From: Bythopirellula sp.
GTDB lineage: Bacteria; Planctomycetota; Planctomycetia; Pirellulales; Lacipirellulaceae
Length of the DNA stretch: 64,000 bases
NCBI GenBank assembly: GCA_965216565.1
Contig: OZ244170.1
Location: 4,896,001-4,960,000, forward strand
Direction: 5' to 3'
The notes beneath the pieces are model-generated. The model was not told where the DNA came from. It did no database searches and saw only the letters and a program-made list of their open reading frames with translations. Shown piece by piece: positions 1 through 9,451 of the stretch (the stretch's first letter is position 1; each line of letters starts with the position of its first letter). The translations under genes and the position numbers were made by a program.

Positions 1-702
1 GGTGGTTTCGGCGGCGGAAGCGGGGGTGTGATCGTCCAACGCCCTACCGGCAGCAATCATGGCACAGGCCACGGTTCCGCCCCAGTGCACGGTAGTCCAT
101 TTCCCAGTAACAACAAACCCAACCGCCCCGGTGGTGGCAACAATCGACCTGGTGGTAGCAATAACCGACCCAACAATGGGCAGGGGGGACGCCAGGACCG
201 CGACGAGAAGATCAAGCAAATTGTTGACTTAGTGAAGAAGTACAAAGAGAAAAAGAAGCAGAAGGACTTGCAAGATCTGATCAACAGCGGCGGACACTTA
301 CGAGACAAGCTTAAGCAAACGTCCGGGCAGCAGGCCAAACCCTCGACCAGACCGTTCCCCGTGCAGGGCATTCAACTGCAAGATCTAAAGCGAAAAACCC
401 AGAATAAGAGCGGCTGGAGCACCCTTCAAAAGAAGTCGAGTTCCAGTAGTTCCAATCAGAGCACTACGAATCGATCCAACTCAAGAGGTACTAGCGCTAG
501 CAAGTCCAACAATTCCTGGTCGAGGGTGAACAACAACGTTCAGCAATGGTCTTCTCGGAATCGAAGTTCCAATTCCAGGAGTCAATCCTCCCAGTCCAAC
601 TCTCGCAACAAGAGCAGGAATGGGCAGAACAATAACTCGAAGAGCAGTTCAGACAAGTGGAAGGATCTTAAGCAATTACAATCCTCGTTCCGCAATCGAT
701 AG
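1..702 (+). CDS. C-terminal part of low-complexity G/S/N/Q-rich hypothetical protein (5'-truncated by window)
   Basis: Frame is open from base 1 (GGFGGGSGGVIVQRP...) to TAG 700-702; NNRPGG repeats and S/N-rich tail. Confidence 0.65.
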   Translation, partial: GGFGGGSGGVIVQRPTGSNHGTGHGSAPVHGSPFPSNNKPNRPGGGNNRPGGSNNRPNNGQGGRQDRDEKIKQIVDLVKKYKEKKKQKDLQDLINSGGHLRDKLKQTSGQQAKPSTRPFPVQGIQLQDLKRKTQNKSGWSTLQKKSSSSSSNQSTTNRSNSRGTSASKSNNSWSRVNNNVQQWSSRNRSSNSRSQSSQSNSRNKSRNGQNNNSKSSSDKWKDLKQLQSSFRNR

Positions 703-782
703 TGGCAAAGCTTCCGGCTGCAACCTACAATCCACCCTACCTCATACTAGGGGCTATTGAATGCCCCAGAACGGAGCGTGCC

Positions 783-1169
783 ATGGACTTCACCGTCCTC
801 TTTTGCAAAGTCGTCGGCCCCGTGCTGATCTTACGTGCAATTTCCATCTACATCGATCGAACGCACTTTGACGAAATGCTCGATGGTCTACAGCGAGAAG
901 TCAAAACGGTAAGCTTTTCCTTCTTTCCCATTGCACTCCTGATGACCTGCATCGCGATTGCGGTCACGCACTCGGATACCTCCAGCCCGGCGGGTTGGTT
1001 GATCTACGTCATCGCGTGGGGAGGGATCGTGAAAGGAACCTTACTGATGCTATTTCCGCATTTGATAGTCACAAAAGCCAAGCAGCTTTATCAGCATGGC
1101 TTATTGAATGTGGTGCTTAGCACTTGCCTAGTCCTAGGAGCCTATTTCACCTGGTTTGGCTACTGCTGA
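783..1169 (+). CDS. Small membrane protein with about 4 TM helices
   Basis: ATG 783 preceded by GGAG; four hydrophobic segments. Confidence 0.65.
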   Translation: MDFTVLFCKVVGPVLILRAISIYIDRTHFDEMLDGLQREVKTVSFSFFPIALLMTCIAIAVTHSDTSSPAGWLIYVIAWGGIVKGTLLMLFPHLIVTKAKQLYQHGLLNVVLSTCLVLGAYFTWFGYC

Positions 1170-1301
1170 GGTGAACCACTCTGTTCCGAGAAACTCAGCA
1201 AGACGCTGAACAGGAAATCGAGATCGCACCTTGGAGATTCCGCCTGACTTGGTAATCTATCAAAGTGTGCCTTCACTATCTTTAGTCCCAGGTATTATCC
1301 A

Positions 1302-1736
1302 ATGGCGTTAACACCGTTTCACATAGCCGTTCAGGTCAGAGACATCTCTGAGGCCAGAAATTTCTATGGCGAGGTTCTAGGTTGTGGCGAAGGACGCAGC
1401 GACTCGAGCTGGGTCGATTTCAATCTCTTCGGACATCAGTACGTTTGCCACTTGAATCCTGATCTAGGGCAGGAAGGCAAGCTGGAATCGCACTATAACC
1501 CGGTGGATGGACATGGCGTACCAGTCCCACATTACGGAGTGGTACTCACCATGCCCCAGTGGGAACAGCTTGCCGATCGGCTCCGGGGCCACAAGGTCGA
1601 CTTTCTCATCGAGCCCTACACTCGATTTGAGGGTGAGCCGGGTGAACAAGCCACAATGTTCCTTTACGATCCGTCAGGCAACGCGCTGGAATTCAAAGCC
1701 TTTGCCGACATCGAGCGTCAGCTCTTCGAGCAATAA
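1302..1736 (+). CDS. VOC family (glyoxalase/extradiol dioxygenase-like) protein
   Basis: [32 protein letters not shown] motifs. Confidence 0.9.
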   Translation: MALTPFHIAVQVRDISEARNFYGEVLGCGEGRSDSSWVDFNLFGHQYVCHLNPDLGQEGKLESHYNPVDGHGVPVPHYGVVLTMPQWEQLADRLRGHKVDFLIEPYTRFEGEPGEQATMFLYDPSGNALEFKAFADIERQLFEQ

Positions 1737-1783
1737 ACTTCCAGCCACGTTGCACCTTGGATCGGGCCATGAGGCCAACCAAA

Positions 1784-4732
1784 CTAGCGTCTGCGCTTGC
1801 AGAGAACGCCTACGCAAGCCAATCCCAGTAGACTTAGGGAAGTCGGTTCTGGAACAGCAGAAACGGCAGCCGTTACGGGACTACTTCCATATTGGATCTG
1901 CCACTCAGCCAAGTCGGCGGAGCCCACGACTCCATCGCCATTAGCATCGCCATTGCTATTGTCGGTTTGTCCCGCCTGACCGACGTTTTGTTGCCAAATG
2001 AGGAAGTCCAAACCGCTGACGAATCCATCTCCATCGAAGTCTGCGTCGGTGGTGACAAACTCAACTTCTCCGGTAACAACGGCCCCCGAAACGGCATCGC
2101 GGTATTGGAACACGATAGCATTTGGGTCTGTGGCAGTATTGAAGATGTTTCCCAGAGCTTCTGAGCGACCATTAGTGAAGCTTGAGCTGCCTAGCAGGAA
2201 CGATTCTGCCAGAACATCGTTGTCAGAGCCCAATGCTTCGTCCCAAGTTTCGCCGACGCCGTCGCCAACCACCGAACCGGGATCGGGTCCATCCGTCGGA
2301 TCCAAGTTCTGATCACTAAAGCTCAACCAATTACTGGACTGATAGAGCGAAGCGACTGTGCTGCTCGAAAGTCGGTAAGAATTGATATCGAAGGTCGTAG
2401 TCGTGTTGTTCACAATCGCCGTACTGCCCGAATTGAGATTCACTTGCAGGGTCAGCAGGTCTGGGTCAACGCTGATAGGATTTTCGTCGGTGACGTAAAT
2501 TCGATCGATATCGAAGAATTCCGATCCGATGTTGAACCCGTTGTTTGCCACGAAACGCACCGAGTTTCCATCTCGTCCGGCTACGTGTGGGGCCGTTCCC
2601 AATAATACGAACGGATCGGTGTCGTCCTTGTAGTAAACAGAATAGTTCTCTGAGTCTTCATCGATTTCGAGAACCACTGTAAACGGATCAGTACGAGAGT
2701 GCGTCAAAGCGAACGGGCCAAATTCTGGAGCTCCAGTGGTCAGTCTTCCGACTAGCTCAATGTCGTCGGAAGTGTTTCGTTGAATTTGCCATTGGCCCGT
2801 AATGGTACTACCGCTGCTGCCGGTATCGTTATTGAGATACGACATGCGAACCTGTTCAGCTTCTTCCGCACCGCTCAATGTAGTTGTGAAGTTCCAGCCA
2901 GCAATTTCTGTAACGATCCATGATTTGCCGGATGTTACGTTAGCAATATCGAGGTAATTCGTACCGAAACCTTCGTTGTCTTTCTGGATACGATAAACTC
3001 CGTTGAGAACTTGCGAACCTAACATGTCGGTTGTGTCCTCGTCCCAATCATCCCCGCCCACTACGCTGTTCGTAGTACTTTCCAGGAGTGTTCCATTGGA
3101 ATCGTTGAATTCAAAATCTTGTGTGATACCAGCAGAAGTCTCCTGAGACACAAGAACGCACAGTGCCAGGGGCAGAAGCAGCAGCAAGTTGAAAGGTTTC
3201 ATCGCAGTTCTCTTAGAAGGCTTGTTCACGGATGTGTTTGTCATGGAATGAGAAGAGTTGTTAACGGCCTGTCGTTGCCGTCGTCCAACCAGAGTCACTA
3301 GACCGAGGCCGAAAAGTGCAATCGCGGAAGGCTCGGGAACGCTGGCTAACATCGCTTGAAACGATCCTAGGCCGTTAGCGGCATCGAAAGCTGTTTCGAA
3401 GATGCTAAAGTCAAAGATGTTGTTTTCACCATCATTGTTTAGATCGCCCATCTGGTAAGCTTGAGCCTCAGACAATGCCGACAAGTCTTGCTCAGCACCC
3501 GCAATAAAGACGGTCCAGTCGTCGACAGTAATCGAGCCATCGAAGTCTAAATCTCCGGGAGTTATACGCTCGCCTCCATTGCCGACGAAATTAACATTTG
3601 CTCTGCGAGTCACTCCGCCCGCAAACGTCAAAACGGCTTCCAGATCCTCGGTAGGATTCTGAATCCAAGGCCCACTATTTGGGTCGCTGCCTAGCAAAAC
3701 TTCTTGGGCAATACTCAAGTCTCCGCCGTCACCGGAGATCACCGATTCACTTAAGAGACTTGTCGTTGCCGAGAGAATCTGCCAATCGTCGTCCAAGTCA
3801 ACTGAACCGTCGCCGGGACCGGCTTGATTATCATAGTTGTCGGTAATCGAATTCCACTCCGAGGAGTCCAGTGCTCCTGACGAGGAACTGATGGCTACTG
3901 ATTCCAGACCGCTCAAGGCGGACCCTGTGGAGTTGACTAGCTTCATGCTGCCAGAGTTTCGGTCAATCTCTAGCGTTACCAGGTCAGTCAGCGGGTTTGT
4001 ATCGGCCACAGCTACCCGATTGATCCTGATATTCTCGTCGATGTCGAAACCAAAGTTGTTGTCAACCAGGAACCGAATGGAGTTTCCGTCTCTCGATGGT
4101 GCTACCTCGCCGATGCCTAGAGACTGAGAGGGGTTAGAGCCGTCTTTATAAAACAATTCATAGGTATTCGAAGTCTTATTTAGCTCTAGCACCATTGTGA
4201 CAGTCGAAGATTGAACCAGCCCGAAAGTGGCGGTCGTCGAGAGGTCGCTGGAACCAACACCAATCGCATCACCTTCAATCTGCATCTCTGTGGCAGATGT
4301 GCGGGCGATTCGCATCTGTGCGGTAATTGTGCTTCCACTGGTGCCGGTGTCGTTGTCCAGGAATGCGAATCGAACGCTCTCTAGATTGGCTGCGTCGAAG
4401 TCGCGAATATCCCAACCAGCAACTTCAACGCTGATGAATCGGCTCCCAACCGTATTGGGGTCGATATTGGCGATTTGAAGGTAGCTCGGAGCTGCTTCAT
4501 CGTTGAACTTATTGATCCGGAAGTTTCCAGCGCCGTCCATTTCCGATTCCGTGAGATTTCCGCTTGTGTCCGACCAGTTGTTTCCCCCATTGGAACTATT
4601 AACCGCCGAACCCAAGGGTGTGAACTGAGCTTCGTTAAACTCAAACGTTTCGAATTCCACTGCCGAGGCTTGGGGACCAATCCCGACAACGATGAGACAA
4701 GTAATAATGCACAAACCGAAAACTCTAAGCAT
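1784..4732 (-). CDS. Exported protein of two homologous units, each with signal peptide, dockerin/EF-hand-like motifs and PEP-CTERM
   Basis: N-terminal signal; internal VPEPSAIALFGLGLVTLVGRRQR; second signal MKPFNLLLLLPLALCVLVSQETSA; terminal VPEPTSLSLLGLACVGVLCKRRR; GDLDFDG and GDANGDG motifs. Confidence 0.85.
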   Translation of the reverse strand: MLRVFGLCIITCLIVVGIGPQASAVEFETFEFNEAQFTPLGSAVNSSNGGNNWSDTSGNLTESEMDGAGNFRINKFNDEAAPSYLQIANIDPNTVGSRFISVEVAGWDIRDFDAANLESVRFAFLDNDTGTSGSTITAQMRIARTSATEMQIEGDAIGVGSSDLSTTATFGLVQSSTVTMVLELNKTSNTYELFYKDGSNPSQSLGIGEVAPSRDGNSIRFLVDNNFGFDIDENIRINRVAVADTNPLTDLVTLEIDRNSGSMKLVNSTGSALSGLESVAISSSSGALDSSEWNSITDNYDNQAGPGDGSVDLDDDWQILSATTSLLSESVISGDGGDLSIAQEVLLGSDPNSGPWIQNPTEDLEAVLTFAGGVTRRANVNFVGNGGERITPGDLDFDGSITVDDWTVFIAGAEQDLSALSEAQAYQMGDLNNDGENNIFDFSIFETAFDAANGLGSFQAMLASVPEPSAIALFGLGLVTLVGRRQRQAVNNSSHSMTNTSVNKPSKRTAMKPFNLLLLLPLALCVLVSQETSAGITQDFEFNDSNGTLLESTTNSVVGGDDWDEDTTDMLGSQVLNGVYRIQKDNEGFGTNYLDIANVTSGKSWIVTEIAGWNFTTTLSGAEEAEQVRMSYLNNDTGSSGSTITGQWQIQRNTSDDIELVGRLTTGAPEFGPFALTHSRTDPFTVVLEIDEDSENYSVYYKDDTDPFVLLGTAPHVAGRDGNSVRFVANNGFNIGSEFFDIDRIYVTDENPISVDPDLLTLQVNLNSGSTAIVNNTTTTFDINSYRLSSSTVASLYQSSNWLSFSDQNLDPTDGPDPGSVVGDGVGETWDEALGSDNDVLAESFLLGSSSFTNGRSEALGNIFNTATDPNAIVFQYRDAVSGAVVTGEVEFVTTDADFDGDGFVSGLDFLIWQQNVGQAGQTDNSNGDANGDGVVGSADLAEWQIQYGSSPVTAAVSAVPEPTSLSLLGLACVGVLCKRRR

Positions 4733-4761
4733 CAGACTACCCTCCGAATGATCGCAAACAA

Positions 4762-6294
4762 TTAATTGAATAAGCGAAACCTGCCAATGTTTAAAACCAA
4801 TATACCGAGCCCGCTCAAAAGTAATCCCAGGCCTGCCGGTTCAGGGACTGCAAAAAGTGCTTGAAAGCCACCTAGCCCGTGTTCTGCAATATAGGCCTCC
4901 TGGAACAATCCAAAGTCCAGAATGCTATTCTCTCCATCCCCATCCAAATCGCCTCTTTCGTAAGCCTCCACCGGACTCAATCCACTCAGGTCCGTTTCTG
5001 CGCCGGCTATAAAAAGTAGCCAATCCTGTTCGTCGAGTGACTGATCGAAGTTGAGGTCGGCAAAAACCCGCAGTGTCTGTTCAAAAGCGAGACCAAAATT
5101 CTTGCCTAGATCCTGGAAACGATCGATGTTTTCCCCAGGAATAAACTGGGTTTCGAACGTCATGGTAAATTCGGCGTTGAGTTCGTCACGTCCAAACTTC
5201 TGCCCAGTAAAGTTGACGAGCGAAGCGTTGCTGGTGGTGACCGTTGGCTCAAGCTGCTGAACCGTCAACCAAAAAGGGTCTGCTTGGTAGTCGGGATGGA
5301 CAAACCCAAAGTGGCCATCCTTCCCCGATACCGTTGAGTGGAAATCAATAAAGTAATCCACGTCGCCCGCTGTGTCGGCCAACAATGCATCGCCGACAAC
5401 TTCGACATCGTCGAGGCCACCGTAATTCGGTGATATCCAGAAACGGTTCGGGTCGAGTGTTGAGTTCTGTACCGTGCTACGGTTGTAGCCGGCAAACCGT
5501 CCGTCAGGGTTCACCATGGGATAGATATAGAATTCCGCGTACTGCCGCAGTCGGCCTGCTTCTAAGTCATCGCTCAGCAAGAAGTCGACCAACCCTTCCA
5601 GTGTAAAGTTAGCCACAGTCTCGTTGGCATGGATGCCAGCCATGAGTCCTATTTTCTTTTTTGGACTAGTCGAGTTGGGATCGGTGATCTTGTAGCCATA
5701 AATATCAGTTGGTGTGATCGTGCGCCCGAGGTCGTCGACGCCGCCCGGGGATTGGCCGATGACCAACGACGAATTGCCGCTGAGCGTAGGAGTTGTCCAG
5801 GGGCTCGCCGCAACGGTCGCGGTGTGAGAGACCACCCGGCCGTTTGAATAGGGCAGTCCATAGGCAACGTAAACTTGGTTTTGAGTGAACGTGCTATTGT
5901 TGGAGAACGTGTAGGTGTCCTGTGCCGCATTGCGAGCGTTGTTGTCGAAGAACTGCCAGGTTTGTTGGTCGTAGCTGTAAACCATCTCGTGGTCATTGAG
6001 ATTGCTGTCGCCAGATGCGAAGTTATCGTCGATTTGAAACGTAGGCTGCAGACCATTGACATTGTCCGCAGAGAAATAGAGCCATTTCCAATCACCAGGA
6101 TTGAAGTTGTCGCGGCCGGCCAGATTCACCATGCTCCCGACGACCGAAGAATTGGCTTCATCCAGACTACCGTGGTCGAAATCGGCGTCGAGCGTGATTT
6201 GCCCCCAGGCACTGCTATTGCACAACAAAGCGACGCAAACGCAGGCGCAGAAAAAAGCAGATCCAAATCGGTGAGTGTTTTGTAGGCTTTGCAT
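4762..6294 (-). CDS. M14 zinc carboxypeptidase (cytosolic-carboxypeptidase-like N-domain) with dockerin-like block and PEP-CTERM
   Basis: Signal peptide; ITLDADFDHGSL N-domain; HANE, NPDG, NR and DFH motifs; VPEPAGLGLLL tail. Confidence 0.85.
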   Translation of the reverse strand: MQSLQNTHRFGSAFFCACVCVALLCNSSAWGQITLDADFDHGSLDEANSSVVGSMVNLAGRDNFNPGDWKWLYFSADNVNGLQPTFQIDDNFASGDSNLNDHEMVYSYDQQTWQFFDNNARNAAQDTYTFSNNSTFTQNQVYVAYGLPYSNGRVVSHTATVAASPWTTPTLSGNSSLVIGQSPGGVDDLGRTITPTDIYGYKITDPNSTSPKKKIGLMAGIHANETVANFTLEGLVDFLLSDDLEAGRLRQYAEFYIYPMVNPDGRFAGYNRSTVQNSTLDPNRFWISPNYGGLDDVEVVGDALLADTAGDVDYFIDFHSTVSGKDGHFGFVHPDYQADPFWLTVQQLEPTVTTSNASLVNFTGQKFGRDELNAEFTMTFETQFIPGENIDRFQDLGKNFGLAFEQTLRVFADLNFDQSLDEQDWLLFIAGAETDLSGLSPVEAYERGDLDGDGENSILDFGLFQEAYIAEHGLGGFQALFAVPEPAGLGLLLSGLGILVLNIGRFRLFN

Positions 6295-6304
6295 CTTAAA
6301 CGGA

Positions 6305-7999
6305 TTATTCTCCTGCGGCAAAGTTGGTGCGACGGGGGTCGGCTACGCCCACGAGCTTTCCATCCTCGCGGATGTGAGCGGCGTTTCCTCCACCAAAATA
6401 ATGACCATCGCGGGGCTTCTTCTTGAGCTGCCAACCACGAGACTCCAGTTGCTTCACCCAACTAGCATCTGCATCTTCTTCGTAGTCAATCACATTGGCT
6501 GCCTCAGCGGCTCGCAAAGGTCGACGCAAATGGAATCGCGATGCTCCAAAGGCATCGGCGAGCGAATCGCCTCGGTCCATCAGCCGCCACAGCAATTGAA
6601 GCGTTGTGGTCGGAATTCGCTGACCTCCTGGAATACCCAGCGTAAGCCACGGCTTGCCATCTTTCAAAGCAATAATAGGGGCGATGGTGCTCCGCGCTCG
6701 CTTTCCCGAATCGACGTGATTGACCGCTCCGCGATTGTGCGTCGCAAAGTTGCTGAGGCTATCGTTAAGGACGATCCCGGTACCAGGGGGAACAACACTT
6801 GCTCCGAAGTGGAGACTCAGCGATTGCGTGAGGCTGACCATGTTTCCTTGGCTATCTGCGACCACCAGATGGGAAGTGCTTGCCGATGGACTTGCTTCCA
6901 AAGTTGTTTCCGTCTCTTTCAACTTGCCTCGCTTGTCGTAAGGCTGTTCTGGATTGAGGCCTTTGGCGAGCTCGGAGTATTTGCGGACACTATTGTCGTC
7001 CATGAGAAACTCGCAAGCGTTACGCGCGAGAAACACGTCGGCTACGGTATCTCGAATCGCAGGATAGTAGCATTGCAGTGCGCGGCACATTCCATCAGTG
7101 AATGCAGCATGATCTTGGATGCTCTCAGAGTGCATTGCTTCCAGGCACTTCAAAACCGAGAGCACTGTCACCCCACCCGTTAGCGGCGGCGGACACGAAT
7201 AGATCTTGAAACCGCGATAGTCGATCTCCAGAGGCTGGCCGTATTCTGCTCGATAACTTTGGAAATCTTCCCTGCTGAGGTCCGAACCATTCTTGCGAGC
7301 AGCAGACACTATTAGCTCGGCAATCTCGCCTTGGTAAAATGCATCGGCACCACCGGCAGCTATTTTGTTTAAGGTGTCTGCAAGATCGGCATTCTTCATG
7401 ACAGCACCCACCGGCGGCGCCTTGCCATTCGCTAGGTAGAGGCTTGCTGCCTGTTCGTCCCGTTTTAGGTATTTCACTTTCGGGAGAATATTGCCGCGCA
7501 TGACGGCGTTGATTTCTACGCCTTCCTCAGCTAGTTTTGCTGCCGGCTTCACCAAGTCCGACCAGGGTAAGGACCCCCATCGCCGGAAGGCTTCGTCCAA
7601 CCCTGCCACCAACCCCGGCACGCCTACAGCTTTGTATCCGTACTTTCGTTCGCTGGACGAAAGCTGAATGAACTCCAAATCGTCTAGCTCGGCAGGCGAA
7701 GTACACAGGGCGACAATCGAATGGACTTCACCCGTCGCTCCATCGCGATAGAGCATGATGAGCTTGCCGCCTAGTCCGGAACCGTACGGTTCCGCCACGC
7801 CTAGTGCGAAGGAAGTGGCAATGGCCGCGTCGATGACGTTGCCACCGTCACGTAACACCTGCAGGCCAATCTCTGAGGCTTCGCGATGGCCACTGGCAAC
7901 TACGAACTTCTCTGCCACTACCGATTGCTGACCGATAGCCGGTCGGGCAGAGATACACCCTGCGGCAAAGATTGCAAACAGAAAAAGAAGACGATACAT
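6305..7999 (-). CDS. ggt: Secreted gamma-glutamyltransferase family (Ntn hydrolase) protein
   Basis: GGNVIDAAIA, EPYGSGLGG, GVPGLVAG, PPPLTGG, TSH nucleophile, PGG, ADPRR; signal peptide from ATG 7999. Confidence 0.9.
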   Translation of the reverse strand: MYRLLFLFAIFAAGCISARPAIGQQSVVAEKFVVASGHREASEIGLQVLRDGGNVIDAAIATSFALGVAEPYGSGLGGKLIMLYRDGATGEVHSIVALCTSPAELDDLEFIQLSSSERKYGYKAVGVPGLVAGLDEAFRRWGSLPWSDLVKPAAKLAEEGVEINAVMRGNILPKVKYLKRDEQAASLYLANGKAPPVGAVMKNADLADTLNKIAAGGADAFYQGEIAELIVSAARKNGSDLSREDFQSYRAEYGQPLEIDYRGFKIYSCPPPLTGGVTVLSVLKCLEAMHSESIQDHAAFTDGMCRALQCYYPAIRDTVADVFLARNACEFLMDDNSVRKYSELAKGLNPEQPYDKRGKLKETETTLEASPSASTSHLVVADSQGNMVSLTQSLSLHFGASVVPPGTGIVLNDSLSNFATHNRGAVNHVDSGKRARSTIAPIIALKDGKPWLTLGIPGGQRIPTTTLQLLWRLMDRGDSLADAFGASRFHLRRPLRAAEAANVIDYEEDADASWVKQLESRGWQLKKKPRDGHYFGGGNAAHIREDGKLVGVADPRRTNFAAGE

Positions 8000-8112
8000 A
8001 GCCAATTCTCTAGCGGCCCTGAACAGAGAACCGGGGCTCATGCACTAAATGCACGAGCCCCGGATAGAAAGCAAGTGTGTCTCGGTAATTAGGTCTAACT
8101 ACCGAGCAATTC

Positions 8113-8934
8113 TCACGAGCGTCGTCTCGAAGCGATGAAGCCGAGAAAGCCCAGCGTCGACAAAAGCATGGTCGCGGGTTCTGGGACCTTTGCGAGGTAC
8201 ACGCGATCAATTAGTACATTGTCATCAGCAAGGTTGTTATTGAGAACCATGCGAAAACCTCTAATTGTGTCTCGCCCAGGAGCAATCACCCCTCCCCCAA
8301 GCGTCGTGAAATTGCTACCACCATCTGTCGAAAAGTGGACTTCGAAACTCTCGTTTGACAAGTCAGCGTCGACGACACCGATGAATGTAGTGCTTTGAGT
8401 CAAGCTGAGATTCGCCGACGCCGTGTCACTGGACCCCGAGCCAACTCCATTACCGAAGATCGTGACAGTATTATCGTCTTCGCGCTGGATCTCGAACTCT
8501 GCAACAACAAAAGAACTGCGTGGATCATTTTGCATCAGCGAGATGCGTAGTTCTTCGTTCTCGGAAGTATCAAGCGCATTAGGATCAAAATCCCAAGTCA
8601 CTTCCATCACGCCAAAAACGCGCTGGCCAGGATTGGCAAAAATATCTGCATTGTTGACGTAGTTAGTGCCAAATCCATCATTGTTCTTTAGTGAGGCGTT
8701 CAGTTGACCTGAACCATTCGTTGCAACGTCGAGCGTATCAGAATCCTCGTCCCACGGGTTGCTGGTCACGTTGTTGGCGACCGCTGTCAGAACCGTACCA
8801 TTCGGATCGCCGAATAAGAATTCTTCCAAGATTACCGCGTTTCCTAAATCGGTAATAATATCCGCGTTTGAGGCTTGTACACCTAACACGGTGAGTACAA
8901 TCGCTGCAGAAAAAATGTAACGGCTCATTAACAT
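8113..8934 (-). CDS. PEP-CTERM exported protein, single-domain paralogue of the units in 1784-4732
   Basis: GAGGGGAG before ATG 8934/8928; signal peptide; WDED, NDGFGTNY, PGRD, IDRVY motifs; VPEPATMLL tail. Confidence 0.85.
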   Translation of the reverse strand: MLMSRYIFSAAIVLTVLGVQASNADIITDLGNAVILEEFLFGDPNGTVLTAVANNVTSNPWDEDSDTLDVATNGSGQLNASLKNNDGFGTNYVNNADIFANPGQRVFGVMEVTWDFDPNALDTSENEELRISLMQNDPRSSFVVAEFEIQREDDNTVTIFGNGVGSGSSDTASANLSLTQSTTFIGVVDADLSNESFEVHFSTDGGSNFTTLGGGVIAPGRDTIRGFRMVLNNNLADDNVLIDRVYLAKVPEPATMLLSTLGFLGFIASRRRS

Positions 8935-9074
8935 CTCCCCTCGATAAAGAGTTTCTAGAAAAGTAGGTGGCAATGCCGCTTGCGGATTGCAGGTAGTGCA
9001 GGCCCACTTTACGGATTGTGTTTTCCAATAGATATGGCCCTAGTATAGCGACCTGCTTCGTAATCGTTGAACAG

Positions 9075-9093
9075 AAACCGACAATTTCGGTTT
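9075..9093. promoter_or_regulatory. Candidate operator palindrome AAACCGA-N5-TCGGTTT in divergent intergenic region
   Basis: Perfect 7-bp inverted repeat between divergent gene sets. Confidence 0.3.
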
Positions 9094-9451
9094 TGGGCTC
9101 ATACTGGCATCGCGAAAATATGTTACATCAAATTGACTGTATGAAGTTAGAGAAACCTAGCAGGGAATAGCTAAATGATTATTCTCCAACCACTTGCAGC
9201 GATCGGCCCGGCTTCACGCTGAGGCTAGGCTCAGAAGTTGCCCAACTTCAGCCTCTCTACTCTGTACCAAGACAAACGCCCAGCTTCTTGCTACTTTTCG
9301 AGCCAGCATCTGTATCCCGGTATCCTCCGGCAATGCTACAATCAGTGCAGGGCACAGAGGAACAGGCAACGCTCTATCCCCCATCAAGCAATTGACGACA
9401 ACGTTCGTTGTTTGAAGTGGGTCCGTCAATTCTCCTTAGAAGCGAGCACGA

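Noticed and set aside
6275..7183. 302-aa plus-strand ORF
   Set aside because: Antisense shadow of the GGT gene
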